NCBI RefSeq assembly: GCF_009914755.1 | Contig: NC_060928.1 | Source: the human T2T-CHM13v2.0 reference genome, Homo sapiens | DNA: 64,000 nucleotides | Reading direction: 5' to 3' (one strand) | Part shown: positions 49,256 to 64,000 of the stretch, piece by piece | Numbering within the stretch: the first letter of the stretch is position 1 | Layout: every line of letters begins with the position of its first letter | Position numbers and translations under genes: made by a program | The notes under the pieces: model-generated | Databases searched by the model: none | The model's input: the letters and a program-made list of their open reading frames with translations, nothing else | What the model was told of the DNA's origin: nothing

Positions 49256-50139
49256 GCAGAACTTTAATTTACAATCTTGAAAGCTGGAATTTGAATATCT
49301 CATCTGAATAAGACTAGCAGAAACAAGAATTAATTAATACCAATACTCCTCTGACATTAATCTAATGGTGATGTTTGTCTCTTGTCATGTTGATTTTCCT
49401 CCTGAAACTGTGCATTTACAGAGAACATGTTCAGTAATGCCAGCTTTAAAAATAATGAATGCATAGGCAAGAAGCTGGATCTGTCTCTCAATTCTGAACC
49501 ACTATTCAAAAGAAACTACACTGCTTTATCTGCAAGTATTTGGAAGTTTTAACTTTGTTTTTAATTTCAATAGTGTTATATGAAGCAATTTTATTAATTT
49601 TTTGCCACCAGGCATTAACATTTTTAATAAATCTGCTTTCCAAATAGTAATGATTCCAATAGGACATTAGAGATAATGAGTTTTACATTAGAGATAAATG
49701 AGTTTTACAAAGAACAGATGTAACTTGATTAGGAACAGAAAGAGACTGAGTCACCCAATCAAAGATTGCTTATTGTGTGTGGACAACTATAACAATCAGA
49801 AAACTGAGTAAAGCAAAGCCTACAAACAAATAGTAACTATAAAAAAAGTCATTTATAAAGTTATAACAATTTTTGGAAAGTTTCTGAAGCCTAAGGATAA
49901 TACTTTCAATTTGATACAGTAGAATCATTCGAGGATACTTACTAAAATGCCACTGCTAGAAATATTAAAAAGTGATAGAAATAAGCATAAAACAAGGCAA
50001 GGAGTAAAATAAAACTAAGTTAAAAAGAGAGATATAGATAATTGGATTACAAGATTAGGAAGTTTTAAAATGTGGTTAGTTGTAAAGAAAGAAACACAGA
50101 GAGTGAACAAAATGCTAAGGCATTTTGAAGAGGGTTTAA

Positions 50140-50147
50140 ATATATAT

Positions 50148-50190
<43 letters not shown>

Positions 50191-50191
50191 C
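50140..50191. repeat. Compound (TA)/(CA)/(TA) microsatellite
   Basis: tatatatacatacacaca...catatatatata. Confidence 0.9.
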
Positions 50192-50199
50192 TACAGTGT

Positions 50200-51546
50200 G
50201 TGAAATACCAAGTATCTTTTCCTACCACAATGGTATGAAACTAGAAATCAATGATAGACAGGATTTTGGAAAATTTACAAATGTGTGGAAATTACACAAT
50301 ATGCACTTAAGCAACTAATGAGCCAAAGGTAAGTATAAAAGAAAATTTTAAAATATCTTAGACAAACAAAAATGGATCACCATGTACCGAAACTTATGGA
50401 ATGTAGCAAAAGCTGTTCTAAGAGGGAGGTTATGTCAATAAATGACTACATCAAAAAAAAGAAGAAAGATCTCAAATAAATGAGCTAATGTTACACCACA
50501 GGAACTAAAAAAAGAACAAACTATGCCCATAGTTAGTAGAAGGAAAGAAATAATAAAGACTACAGCAGAAATAAATGAAATACAAGAAATGATGCAGATT
50601 GGGAAAATGATAAAAAAGATCAATGACACTAAGGCTTTTTTTAAAGATTAAGAAAATAACAATCCTTTATGTAGAGTGAGAAAAAATCTTAGATTCAAAA
50701 TCAGAAATGAAAGAGGAAAGATTACAACTAATACCCTAGAACTGCACAGGTTCACAAGAGACTATGGGGGGCAATTATACACCAATAAATTGGATAACTT
50801 AGAAGAAATTAATAAATTTCTAGACACATAAAACCTGCTAAGACTAAATCATGAAGAAATAGAAAAGCTGAACAAATCAATTCTGAGTAAAGAGATTAGC
50901 AATAAAAAGCCTTCCATCCAAAAAGAAAAAAAAAGCCCAGGACCTGATAACAGTGTCACTGCTGAATACTATCAAACACTGAAGGAAGATCTAATACCAA
51001 TATTTCTCAAACTTCCAAAAATTGAAAAGGAGGTAACACTTAATTTTTTTTCCACAGGTCCAAGAAAACTTCTAATGGGAACACTTTCAAACTTATTTTA
51101 TAAGGCCAGCATTACTGTGATATTAAAACCAGACAAGGACACTACAGGAAAAGAACATTACAGGCCAATATGCCTGATTAACACAGAAGCAAAAATTCTT
51201 AATAAAATACTAGCAAACAAAATTCATCCAAACATTAAAAGGATGATTCACCATAATCAAGTGGGATTTATCCCTGCAATGCAAGGATGGTTCCATATAC
51301 GCAAATCTATAAATGTTATGTTCCACATTAACTGAATGGACAAAAACCACATGATCATTTCAATACATGCAAAAAAAGGCATTTGACTAAATTTTATATT
51401 CTTTCATGAAAAATGCTATCAATAAATTAGATGTAAAAGTAATGTACCTTAACACAATAAAGGTTGTATGTGACAAGACCATAGCTAACATCACACTTGA
51501 CAGTGAGAAATTGAAAACCTTTTCTCTAAGATTGGGAATAAGACAA
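50200..51546 (+). mobile_element. L1MA-type ORF2 fragment without a 3' end
   Basis: ORF 51075-51335 reads [23 protein letters not shown]...[15 protein letters not shown]; stops at gggaataagacaa. Confidence 0.9.
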
Positions 51547-52702
51547 TTCCTAGGTATTTCAAAATTTTTGTGACTATTATAAATGGATTGTGTTCTTGAT
51601 TTGAATCTCAGCTTGAATGTTATTGATGTATAGAAATGCTATTGATTTTTACATTGATTTTGTATCCTGATCCCTTACTGAAGTTATTTATCATTTCTAG
51701 AAAGGTTTTATGGAGATTTCAAGGTGAAAGTATAGAGTCATATTGTTTGTGAAGAGAGAGTTTGACTTCTTCTTTTCTTATTGGATGCCTTTTATTTCTT
51801 TCTGTTGCCTGATTGCTCCAGCTAGAATTTCCAGTGCTAGGAGCATGCTTGTCTTGTTCCAATTCTCAATGGCAATGGTTCAAGCTTTTTCTCATTCAGC
51901 ATGATTTTGGCTGTGAGTTTTTTATGGATGGCACTTACTATTTTTAGGTAAGTTCCATTTTTGTGACAAAGGCACCTAGTTTGTTAAGGGATTCCTTTTT
52001 TTGAGGGTTTTTTAATATATAAAAATAGTGATTCCTGATCTTTTTATTTTCTATTTGCAAGATCAGTCTTTCTTAATCCTTTGACTTTGTGCCTTTAGGC
52101 ATCATTACATGTGAGATGGGTCTGTTGAAAAGGGTAGATGGTGGGGCTATGTCTTTATCCATCTTTCCACTCTATGTCTTGTAAGTAGGATGTTTAGCCT
52201 ATTTATATCCAGGATTACTACTGATACATGATATTTTGATCTTGTTATGTTGTTAGCTTGTTGCTATGAAGACTTGATGATGTAGTTGCTTTATAATGTC
52301 TGGATAAGTGCTTAATTGTGTTTTTGTGGTAACAGTTGTCATTTTCTTATTCCATGTTTAACACCCTTTCCTAGACCTCTTGTAAGGCTGGTCTAGTGGT
52401 AATGAATTCCACCAGTGTTTGTCTGAGAAGAATTTTATTTCTCTTTTGCTTATGAGGCCTTGTTTGATAAGATAAAAAATCTTTGGTGAATTTTTTTAAA
52501 GGATTCTGAAAATATGCCTACAACATCTTCTGACTTGTGAGATTTCTGTAAGAGGTCCACTGCTACCCTGAAGGGGTTCCCCTTGTATGTGTACTGATTC
52601 TTCTCTTTAGCTGCCTTAAGATTTTTTTCCTTCATATTGATCTTGATGAATCAGATGACTGTGTGCCTTGTGGATGGTCATCTTGTATAGTATCTAGGTA
52701 GT
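51547..52702 (-). mobile_element. L1PB/L1PA13-16-type fragments: RT region (51547-~51995) and ORF1 end/ORF2 start (~52060-52702)
   Basis: Antisense RT motifs (acattgattttgtatcctga); ORF 52450-52635 (-) MKEKNLKAAKEKNQYTYKGNPFR is ORF1. Confidence 0.85.
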
Positions 52703-53070
52703 TGTATTAGTCCATTCTCATGCTTCTATAAAGAACTACCTGAGACTGGCTAGTTTATAAAGAAAAGGGGGATAATTGACTCCCAGTTCCACAGACTTAA
52801 TGGGAAGCATAACTGAGAGGACTCAGGAAATGTACAATCATGGCTGCAGTTGAAGGGAAAGCAAAGACCAACTTCACATGGTGGCAGGAAAGACAGAATG
52901 CAAAGTGAGAAGTGCAACATGTCTTTAAATCATGCATGGGATCTTGTGATAATTCAGTCACTATCATAAGAACAGCAAAGAGTAACTTTGCCCCCCAAGA
53001 TCCAATCTCCTCTCATCAAGAACCTCCTCCAATCTGACATGAGATTTGGTCAGGAACACAAATCCAAGCC
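52703..53070 (-). mobile_element. MaLR MSTA/THE1-type LTR missing its last ~6 bp on the right
   Basis: tgtattagtccattctcatgc..ataaagaactacctgagactgg...gacatgagatttgg..acacaaatccaagcc. Confidence 0.9.
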
Positions 53071-56000
53071 TGTGTTTCCAACCTACTGAATCAAAAGAAA
53101 AGTTTAACTTTGTGAGATGAGTCCACATATCGTAAAGTGTTTTCACAGATAGCTTCCTTCTGGTTTTTAGCATGGGATATTTGATTCTTCAGTATAGGCC
53201 TCAATGGGCACCAAAATGATCCTTTACAGATTCTACAAAAAGAGGGTTTCCAACCTTTTGAATCAAAAGAAAGGTTTAACTCTGTAAGATGAATCTACAC
53301 ATTGCAAAGCATTTTCACAGATGGCTTATTTTTAGTTTTTAACACAAGATATTCAATTTTTCATGAATTACCTCAATGGGCTCCCAAATGTCCCTTCACA
53401 GATTCCATGAAAAGAGTGTTTCCAACCTGCTGAATCAAAAGAAATATTTAACTCTGTAAGATGAATCCACACATTGCAAAGAATTTTCACAGATAGCTTC
53501 TTTCTAGTTTTTTTGGCGGGATACTGGTTTTTTACTACAGGCATCAATGGACTCCAAAATGTCTCTGTGCAGATTCTACAAAAAGAGTTTTTCCAACCTG
53601 CTAAATCAAAAAAGATTTAATTCTGTTTGCTTTATCCACACATTGGAAAGCATTTTCACAAATAGGTTCCTTCTAGATTTTATCATGGGATATTTGGTTT
53701 TTCACTATATTCCTCTCTGGGTTCCCAAATGTCCCTGCACAGATTCTACAAAAAGAGTGTTTCCAACCTACTAAATCAAAAGAAATGTTTAACTCTGTAA
53801 GATGAATCCATATATTGCAAAGAATTTTCACAGATAGCTTCTTTCTAGTTTTTATTGCAGGATATTGGTTTTTTACTACAGGCCTCAATGGACTCCAAAA
53901 TGTCACTGGGCAGATTCTACAAAAAGAGTGTTTCCAACCAGCTAAGTCAAAAAAAGATTTAATTCTGTTTGATTTATCCACACATTGGAAAGCATTTTCA
54001 CAAATAGCTACTTTTTAGTTTTTATCATGGGACAGTCAGCTTTTGACTATAGGCCTCAATGAGTTCCGAAATGACTCTTCACAGATTCTACAAAAAGAGT
54101 ATTTCCAACCTTCTGAACCAAAAGAAAGGTTTAATTCTGTGAGATAAATTCACATATGACAAAAGACTCTATTAAATTTTTTCTAGTATTTATCGTGGGA
54201 TATTTGGTTATTCACTATAGGCGTGAAAGGCTCCGAAATGTCCATTCACAGATTCTACATGAGACTGTTTCCAACCTCCTGAATCAAAAGAAATTTTTAA
54301 CTCTGTGAGATGAATACACACATCTTAAAGTGTATTCACAGATAGCTTCTTTCGAGTTTTAATCACAGAATATTCGGTTTTAACTATAGGCCTCAATGGG
54401 CTCCCAAATGTCCCTTGAGAGATTTTACACAAAGAGTATTTCCAACGTGCTGAATCAAAAGAATGGTTTAACTCTGTGAAATGAATCCACATATCACCAA
54501 GCATTTTCACAGACAGCTTCTTTCTAGTTTCTATCATGGGATATTTGGCTTTCCACTATAAGTCTCAATCGGCTCCCAAATATCTCAGTGAAGATTCTAC
54601 AAAGAGTGTTTCAAACAAAAAGAGTGTTTCAAACCTGCTGAATCAAAAATAAGTTTTAACATTGTTTGATTAATCCACACATCAGAAAGCTTTTTTACAG
54701 ATAGCTTCTTTCTAATTTTTATCTTGGGATATTCAGTTTTTCACCATAGGCCACAATGGGCTCCCAAATTTTCCACCACAAATTCTACAATAAATGTATT
54801 TCCAATCTGCTGAATCAAAAGAAAGTTTTAACTCTGTGAGATGAATCTACACATCACAAAGGGTATTCACAGATAGCTTCTTTCTAGTTTTGATTGTGAA
54901 ACATTTGGTTTCTTAATATAAGCCTCAATGGGCTCCCAAATGGCACTGTGAATATTCTACAAAAAGAGTGTTTCCAGCCTGCTGAATCAAAAGAAAGGTT
55001 TAAGTCTATTTGATTTATCCACAAATCAAAAAGCACTTTCACAGATATCTTCTTTCTAATTTTTATCATGGGATATTTGGTTTTTCACTATAGACATCAA
55101 TGGTCTCCAAAATGTCCCTTCACAGATTGTACAAAAAGAGTATGCAACCTGCCAAATCAAAAGAAGGTTTTAATCCTGTGAGGTGAATCCACACATTGCA
55201 AAGCATTTTCAGAGATAGCTTCTTTCCAGTTTTATCATGGGATATTCCGTTTTTTGCTATATGCTTCAATGAGCTCCCAAATATCCCTTCGTTGATTCTA
55301 TAAAAAGAGCGTTTCCAACCTGCTGAATCAAAGGAAAGATTTAACTCTGTGAGCTGAATCCAAACATCACAAAGCATTTTCACAGATAGCTTCTTTCTAG
55401 TTTGTATCAAGGGATATTCTATTTTTCACTATAGACCTCAATTGGCTCCCAAATGACTGTTCACAGATTCTACAAAAAGAGTGTTCTCCACTGCTGAATC
55501 AAAAGAAAGGTTTAACTCTATGAGATGAATCCACACATCACAAAGCATTTTCACAGATACTTTTTTTATAGTTTTTCTTTTTCTTTCTTTTTTTTTCATG
55601 AAATATACGTTTTTTCCTACAGGCCACATGGGCTCCCAAATGGCTCACTGCAAATTCTACAAAAAGAGTGTTTCCAACCTGCTGCATCAAAAGAAAGTTT
55701 TAACTCTGTGAGATGAATCCACACATCACAAAGGGTATTCACAGATAGTTTCATTCTAGTTTAGATTGTGGGATATTCGGTTTTTCACTATAGGCCTCAA
55801 TGGGCTCCCAAATATCTCTGTGCAGATTCTACAAAAAGAGTGTTTCCAACCTGCAGAATCAAACAAAAAAGTTAAACTCTGTGTGATTTATCCACACATT
55901 GGAAAGCATTTTCACACATACCTTTTTTCTAGTTTTTGTCACAGAATATTCGGTTTTTCACTATAGACATAAAAGGGCTCCAAAATGTCCTTTCGCAGAT

Positions 56001-58291
56001 TCAACAAAAAGACTGTTTCCAACATGCTGAATCAAAAGAAAGGTTTAACTCTGTGAGTTGAATCCACACATTGCAAAGCATTTTCAGAGCTAGCTTCTTT
56101 CCAGTTTTTGTTGAGGGATATTCAGTTTTTTTCACTCTATGCTTCAATCGGCTCCCAAATGTCCCTTTGTAGATTCTACAAAAAAAAAGTGATCCCAACC
56201 TGCTGAATGAAAATAAAGGTTTATCTCTGTGAGATGATTCCAACATCACAAAGCATTTTCAAGGAAAGCTTCTTTCTAGTTTTTATCATGTGATATGAGT
56301 TTTTCACTACAGGCCTCAATGGGCTCCCAAATGTCACTGCACAGGTTCTACAAAAAGAGTGTTTCCAACCTAGTGAATAAAAAAAAGGTTTAGCTCTGTT
56401 TGATTTATCTACACATCAGAAAGCGTTTTCACAGAAAGCTTATTTCTAGTTTTTATCGTAGGATATTTGGCTTTCCACTGTAGGCTTCAATGGGCTCCAA
56501 AATGTTCCTTTGCAGATTCTACAAAAAAAAAGTGTTTCCAACCTGCTGAATCAAAAGAAAGGTTTTACACTGTGAGAAGAATCCACATATCACAAAGTGT
56601 TTTCACAGATAGCTTCTTTGTAGTTTTATTGCAGAATATTTGGTTTTTCACTATGGGCTTCACTGGGCTCCCAAATATCCCTGTGCAAATTCTACAAAAG
56701 GAGTGTTTCCAACCTGCTAAATAAAAAGAAAGTTTTGCCCTTGTGAGATAAATCCACACATGGTGAAACATTTTCACAGATGGCTTCTTTTTACTTTTCG
56801 TTGCCAGACTTTTTTTTTCACTATAGGCCTATATGGGCTCCTTAATGTCCATTCGCAGATTCTAAAAAAAAAGAGTTTCCAACCTGCCGTATCTAAAGAA
56901 AGGTTTATCTCTGTGAGATGAATCCACCCATCACAAAGCATTTTCACAGATAGCTTCTTTTTAATTTTTATTGTGGGATATTTAGTTTTTCACTATACGT
57001 CTCAGTGGGCTCCCAAATGTCCCTGCACAGATTCTACAAAAAGAGTGTTTACAATCTGCTGAATCAAAAAAAAAGTTTATCACTGTGAGATGAATCCCCA
57101 CAATGCAAAGCGTTTTCTCAGATAGCTTCTTTCTAGTAGTGTATTGTGGAATATTCATTTTTTCACTATACTCCTCAAAAAGCTCCCAAACGCTCCTGCA
57201 CAGATTCTACAAAAAGAGTGTTTCCAGCCTGCTGAATCAAAAGAAAGGTTTAATTCTGTGAGGTGAATCCACACATCACAAAGCATTTTCACATATAGAT
57301 TCCTTTTAGTTTTCATCGCGATATATTCGGTTTTTCAGTATAGGCCTCAATGGGCTCCCAAATGTCCCCGTGCAGATTCTATAAAAAGAGTGTTTCCAAC
57401 ATCTGGAATCAAAAGAAATACTTAACTCAGTTAGATGAATCCACACACCACAAAACGTTTACATGCATAGCTACTTTCTACTTTTTATTGCAGGATGTTC
57501 AGTTTTTCACTGTAAGCCTCAATGGGCTCCCAAATGTCCCTTCAAAGATAGAACAAAAGAAGTGTTTCCAACCTGCCAAATCAAAACAAAGGTTTAACTC
57601 TGTGAGATGAGTCTACACATCACAAAGCATTTTCACAGATAGTTTCTTTTTACTTTTTATTGCAGGATATTTAGTTTTTCAGTATAGGCTTCAATGGGTT
57701 CCCAAATGCCCTTGCGCAGATTCTACAAAAAGAGTGTTTCCATCCTTCTGAATCAAAAGAAAAGTTTACTTTATGAGATGAATCCACACATCACAAAGCC
57801 TTTTCACAGATAGATTATTCTAGTTTTTATTGCGGGATATTGTTTTTTCACTACAGACATCAATGGACTCCCAAATTTCTCTGGACAGGTTCTACAAAAA
57901 GAGTGTTTTCGACTTTCTGAGTTAAAAGAAAGGTTTTACTCTGTGAGATAAATCCACACATCACAGAGTGTATCACAGTTGTTTCTTTCTAGTTTTTATC
58001 ATGGGATATTCGTTTTTTTACTATAGACCTCAATGGACTCCCAAATGTCCCTTTGCAGATTCTACATAAACAGTGTTTCCAACCTGCTGAATCAATAGAA
58101 AGGTTACCTCTATGAGATGAATCCATGAATCACAAAGGGTTTTCACAAATAGCTTCTTTCTAGTTTTCATTGCTGGGTATTTGGTTTTTCACTATAGGCC
58201 TTAATGGGCTCCCAAAAGTCCTTTGGCAGATTCTACAAAAAAAAAAAAAAAAAAAAATTTGTTACTTACCTAGTGAGTCAAAAGAAAGGTT
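53071..58291 (-). repeat. Diverged monomeric alpha satellite, about 30 monomers of ~171 bp
   Basis: Periodic cagattctacaaaaagagtgtttccaacctgctgaatcaaaagaaaggtttaactctgtgagatgaatccacacatcacaaag. pJ-alpha-type ttttcactatag at the box position; no CENP-B box seen. Confidence 0.98.
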
Positions 58292-58303
58292 GGGTGTGGA
58301 GCC

Positions 58304-58312
58304 AAGATGGCC
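58304..58312 (+). promoter_or_regulatory. YY1 site of the L1 internal promoter
   Basis: AAGATGGCC about 13 bp into the L1. Confidence 0.8.
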
Positions 58313-58559
58313 GAATAGTAAGAGCTCCAGTCTACAGCTCCCAGCATGTGTTACGCAGAAGAGGGGTGATTTCTGCATTTCCAACTGAGGTACCGGGTTC
58401 ATCTTACTAGGGAGTGTCGGAAAGTGGGTGCAGGACAGTGGCTGCAGCACACTGACTGTGAGCTGAAGCAGGGTGAGGCATCACCTCACCCAGGAAGCAA
58501 AAGGGGTCAGGGAATTCTCAGGGAGTCAAAGAAAGCGGTGACAGATAGCACCTGGAAAA

Positions 58560-58742
58560 TCAGGTCCCTCCCAACCTAACACTGCACTTTTCCAACGTTC
58601 TTAGCAAACGGCACACCAGGAGATTATATCCTGCGCCTGGCTCAGAGGGTCCTACACCCATGGAGCCTTGCTCATTGCTAGCACAGAAGTCTGAGATCAA
58701 ACTGCAAGGCAGGAGCAAGGCTGAGGGAAGGGCGTCCACCAT
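58560..58742 (-). pseudogene. ORF0: L1 antisense ORF0 homolog, 60 aa (prematurely stopped)
   Basis: PCSLISDFCASNEQGSMGVGPSEPGAGY resembles L1HS ORF0 (PCSLISDCCASNQRDSVGVGPSEPGVGY, recalled). Confidence 0.75.
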
Positions 58743-59313
58743 TACTGAGGCTTGCGTAGCTAAACAAAGTGGCCAGGAAGCTCAAACTGGGTGGAACCCA
58801 CCACAGCTCAAGGAGGCCTCCCTGCCTCTGAAGACTCCACCTCTGGGGGCAGGGCATAGCCAAACAAAAGACAGCAGAATCCTCTGCAGACTTAAATGTC
58901 CCTGTCTGACAGCTTTGAAGAGAGTAGTGGTTCTTCCAGCATGCAGCTGGAGATCTGAGAACAGACAGACTGCCTCCTCAAGTGGGTCCCTGAACCCTGA
59001 GTAGCCTAACTGGGAGGCACCCCCCAGTAGGGGCAGACTGACACCTCACATGGCCAGCTACTCCTCTGAGACAAAATTTCCAGAGGAATGATCAGGCAGC
59101 AACATTTGCTGCTCATGAATATCAACTGTTCTGCAGCCTCTGCTGCTGACACCCAAGCAAACAGGGTCTGGAGTGGACCTCCAGCAAACTCCAACAGACC
59201 TGCAGTTGAGGGTCCTGACTGTTAGAAGGAAAACTAACAAACAGAAAGGACATCCACAACAACACCCTGCATGTCACCATCATCAAAGACCAAAGGTAGA
59301 TAAAACCACAAAG

Positions 59314-60325
59314 ATGGGAAAAAACAGAGCAGAAAAACTGGAAACTAAAAATGAGAGCACCTATCCTCCTCCAAAGGAATTCAGCACCTCACCAGCAATG
59401 GAAAAAAGCTGGACAGAGAATGAATTTGACGAGTTGAGAGAAGAAGGCTTCAGAAGATCAAACTACTCCAAGCTAAAGAGGATGTTCAAACCCATGGCAA
59501 AGAAGTTAAAAACCTTGAAAAAAAATTAGATGAATGGCTAACTAGAATAACCAATGGAGAGAAGTCCTTAAAGGACCTGATGGAGCTGAAAACCAAGGCA
59601 CGAGAACAATGTGATGAATGCACAAGCCTCAGTAGCCAATTCAATCAATGGGAAGAAAGGGTATCAGTGATGGAAGATTAAATAAATGAAATGAAGTGAG
59701 AAGAGAAGTTTAGAGAAAGAAGAATAAAAATAAATGAACAAAGCCTCCAAGAAATAAGGGAGTATGTGAAAAGACCAAATCTACATCCGACTGGCATACT
59801 TGAAAGTGATGGGGAGAATAAAACCAAGTTGGAAAACACTTTGCAGGATATTATCCAGGAGAACTCCCCCAATCTAGCAAGGCAGGCCAACATTCAAATT
59901 CAGGAAATACAGAGAATGCCACAAAGATATTCCTTGAGAAGAGCAACTCCAAGACACATAATTATAAGATTCACCAAAGCTGAAATGAAGGAAAACATGT
60001 TAAAGGCAGCCAGAGAGAAAGGTAGGGTTACCCACAAAGGGAAACCCATCAGACTAACAGCTGATCTCCTGGCAGAAACTCTACAAGCCAGAAGAGAGTG
60101 GGGGCCAATATTCAACATTCTTAAAGAAAAGAATTTTCAACCCAGAATTTCATATCCAGCCAAACTAAGCTTCATAAGTGAAGGAGAAATAAATAGTTTA
60201 CAGACAAACAAATGCTGAGACATTTTGTCACCACCAGGCCTGCCCTACAAGAGCTCCTAAAGGAAGCACTAAACATGGAAAGGAAAAAATGGTACCAACC
60301 ACTGCCAAAACATGCCAAATTGTAA
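59314..60325 (+). pseudogene. Disrupted L1 ORF1
   Basis: ATGGGAAAAAAC start, LARQANIQIQEIQR..REWGPIFNILKEKNFQPRISYPAKLSF, TAA at 60323; frameshifted. Confidence 0.92.
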
Positions 60326-60388
60326 AGACCATTGAGACTAGGAAGAAACTGCATCAACTAACAAGCAAAATAACCAGCTAACATCATA

Positions 60389-64000
<3,612 letters not shown>

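Noticed and set aside
53071-58291. Regularly spaced repeats as a CRISPR-like array, and repeating ORFs (KKLSVKML..., QILQKECFQPA)
   Set aside because: The whole 171-bp unit repeats with no unique spacers; this is alpha satellite and the ORFs are translation artefacts.

Overview
Primate (human-like), AT-rich, gene-poor genomic DNA crossing from a chromosome arm into pericentromeric satellite. Bases 1-52.7 kb are ordinary arm sequence: an old near-full-length L1 (1-6.3 kb), L1M/L2/MIR fragments, four Alus, MaLR/ERV LTRs and Tigger/Charlie/Tip100 DNA transposon relics. At about 53,071 an MST-type LTR is fused abruptly to about 30 diverged alpha-satellite monomers without CENP-B boxes (53.07-58.29 kb). 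A 5'-complete L1PA4/5-like element is inserted into the satellite and runs off the window end. I see no host protein-coding gene, RNA gene or CRISPR array; every recognisable ORF is a decayed L1 ORF0/ORF1/ORF2 or a spurious repeat ORF. I found no convincing new multi-gene biological system. The best leads are rearrangement and repair scars: a young L1 fragment lacking both ends with a junction-spanning 21-bp duplication, three short copies of sequence from 1-2 kb away, the broken L1/MST/alpha junction, and fossil higher-order structure in the monomeric alpha array. Repeat subfamily names come from recalled consensus motifs, not a database search, and old-repeat boundaries are approximate.
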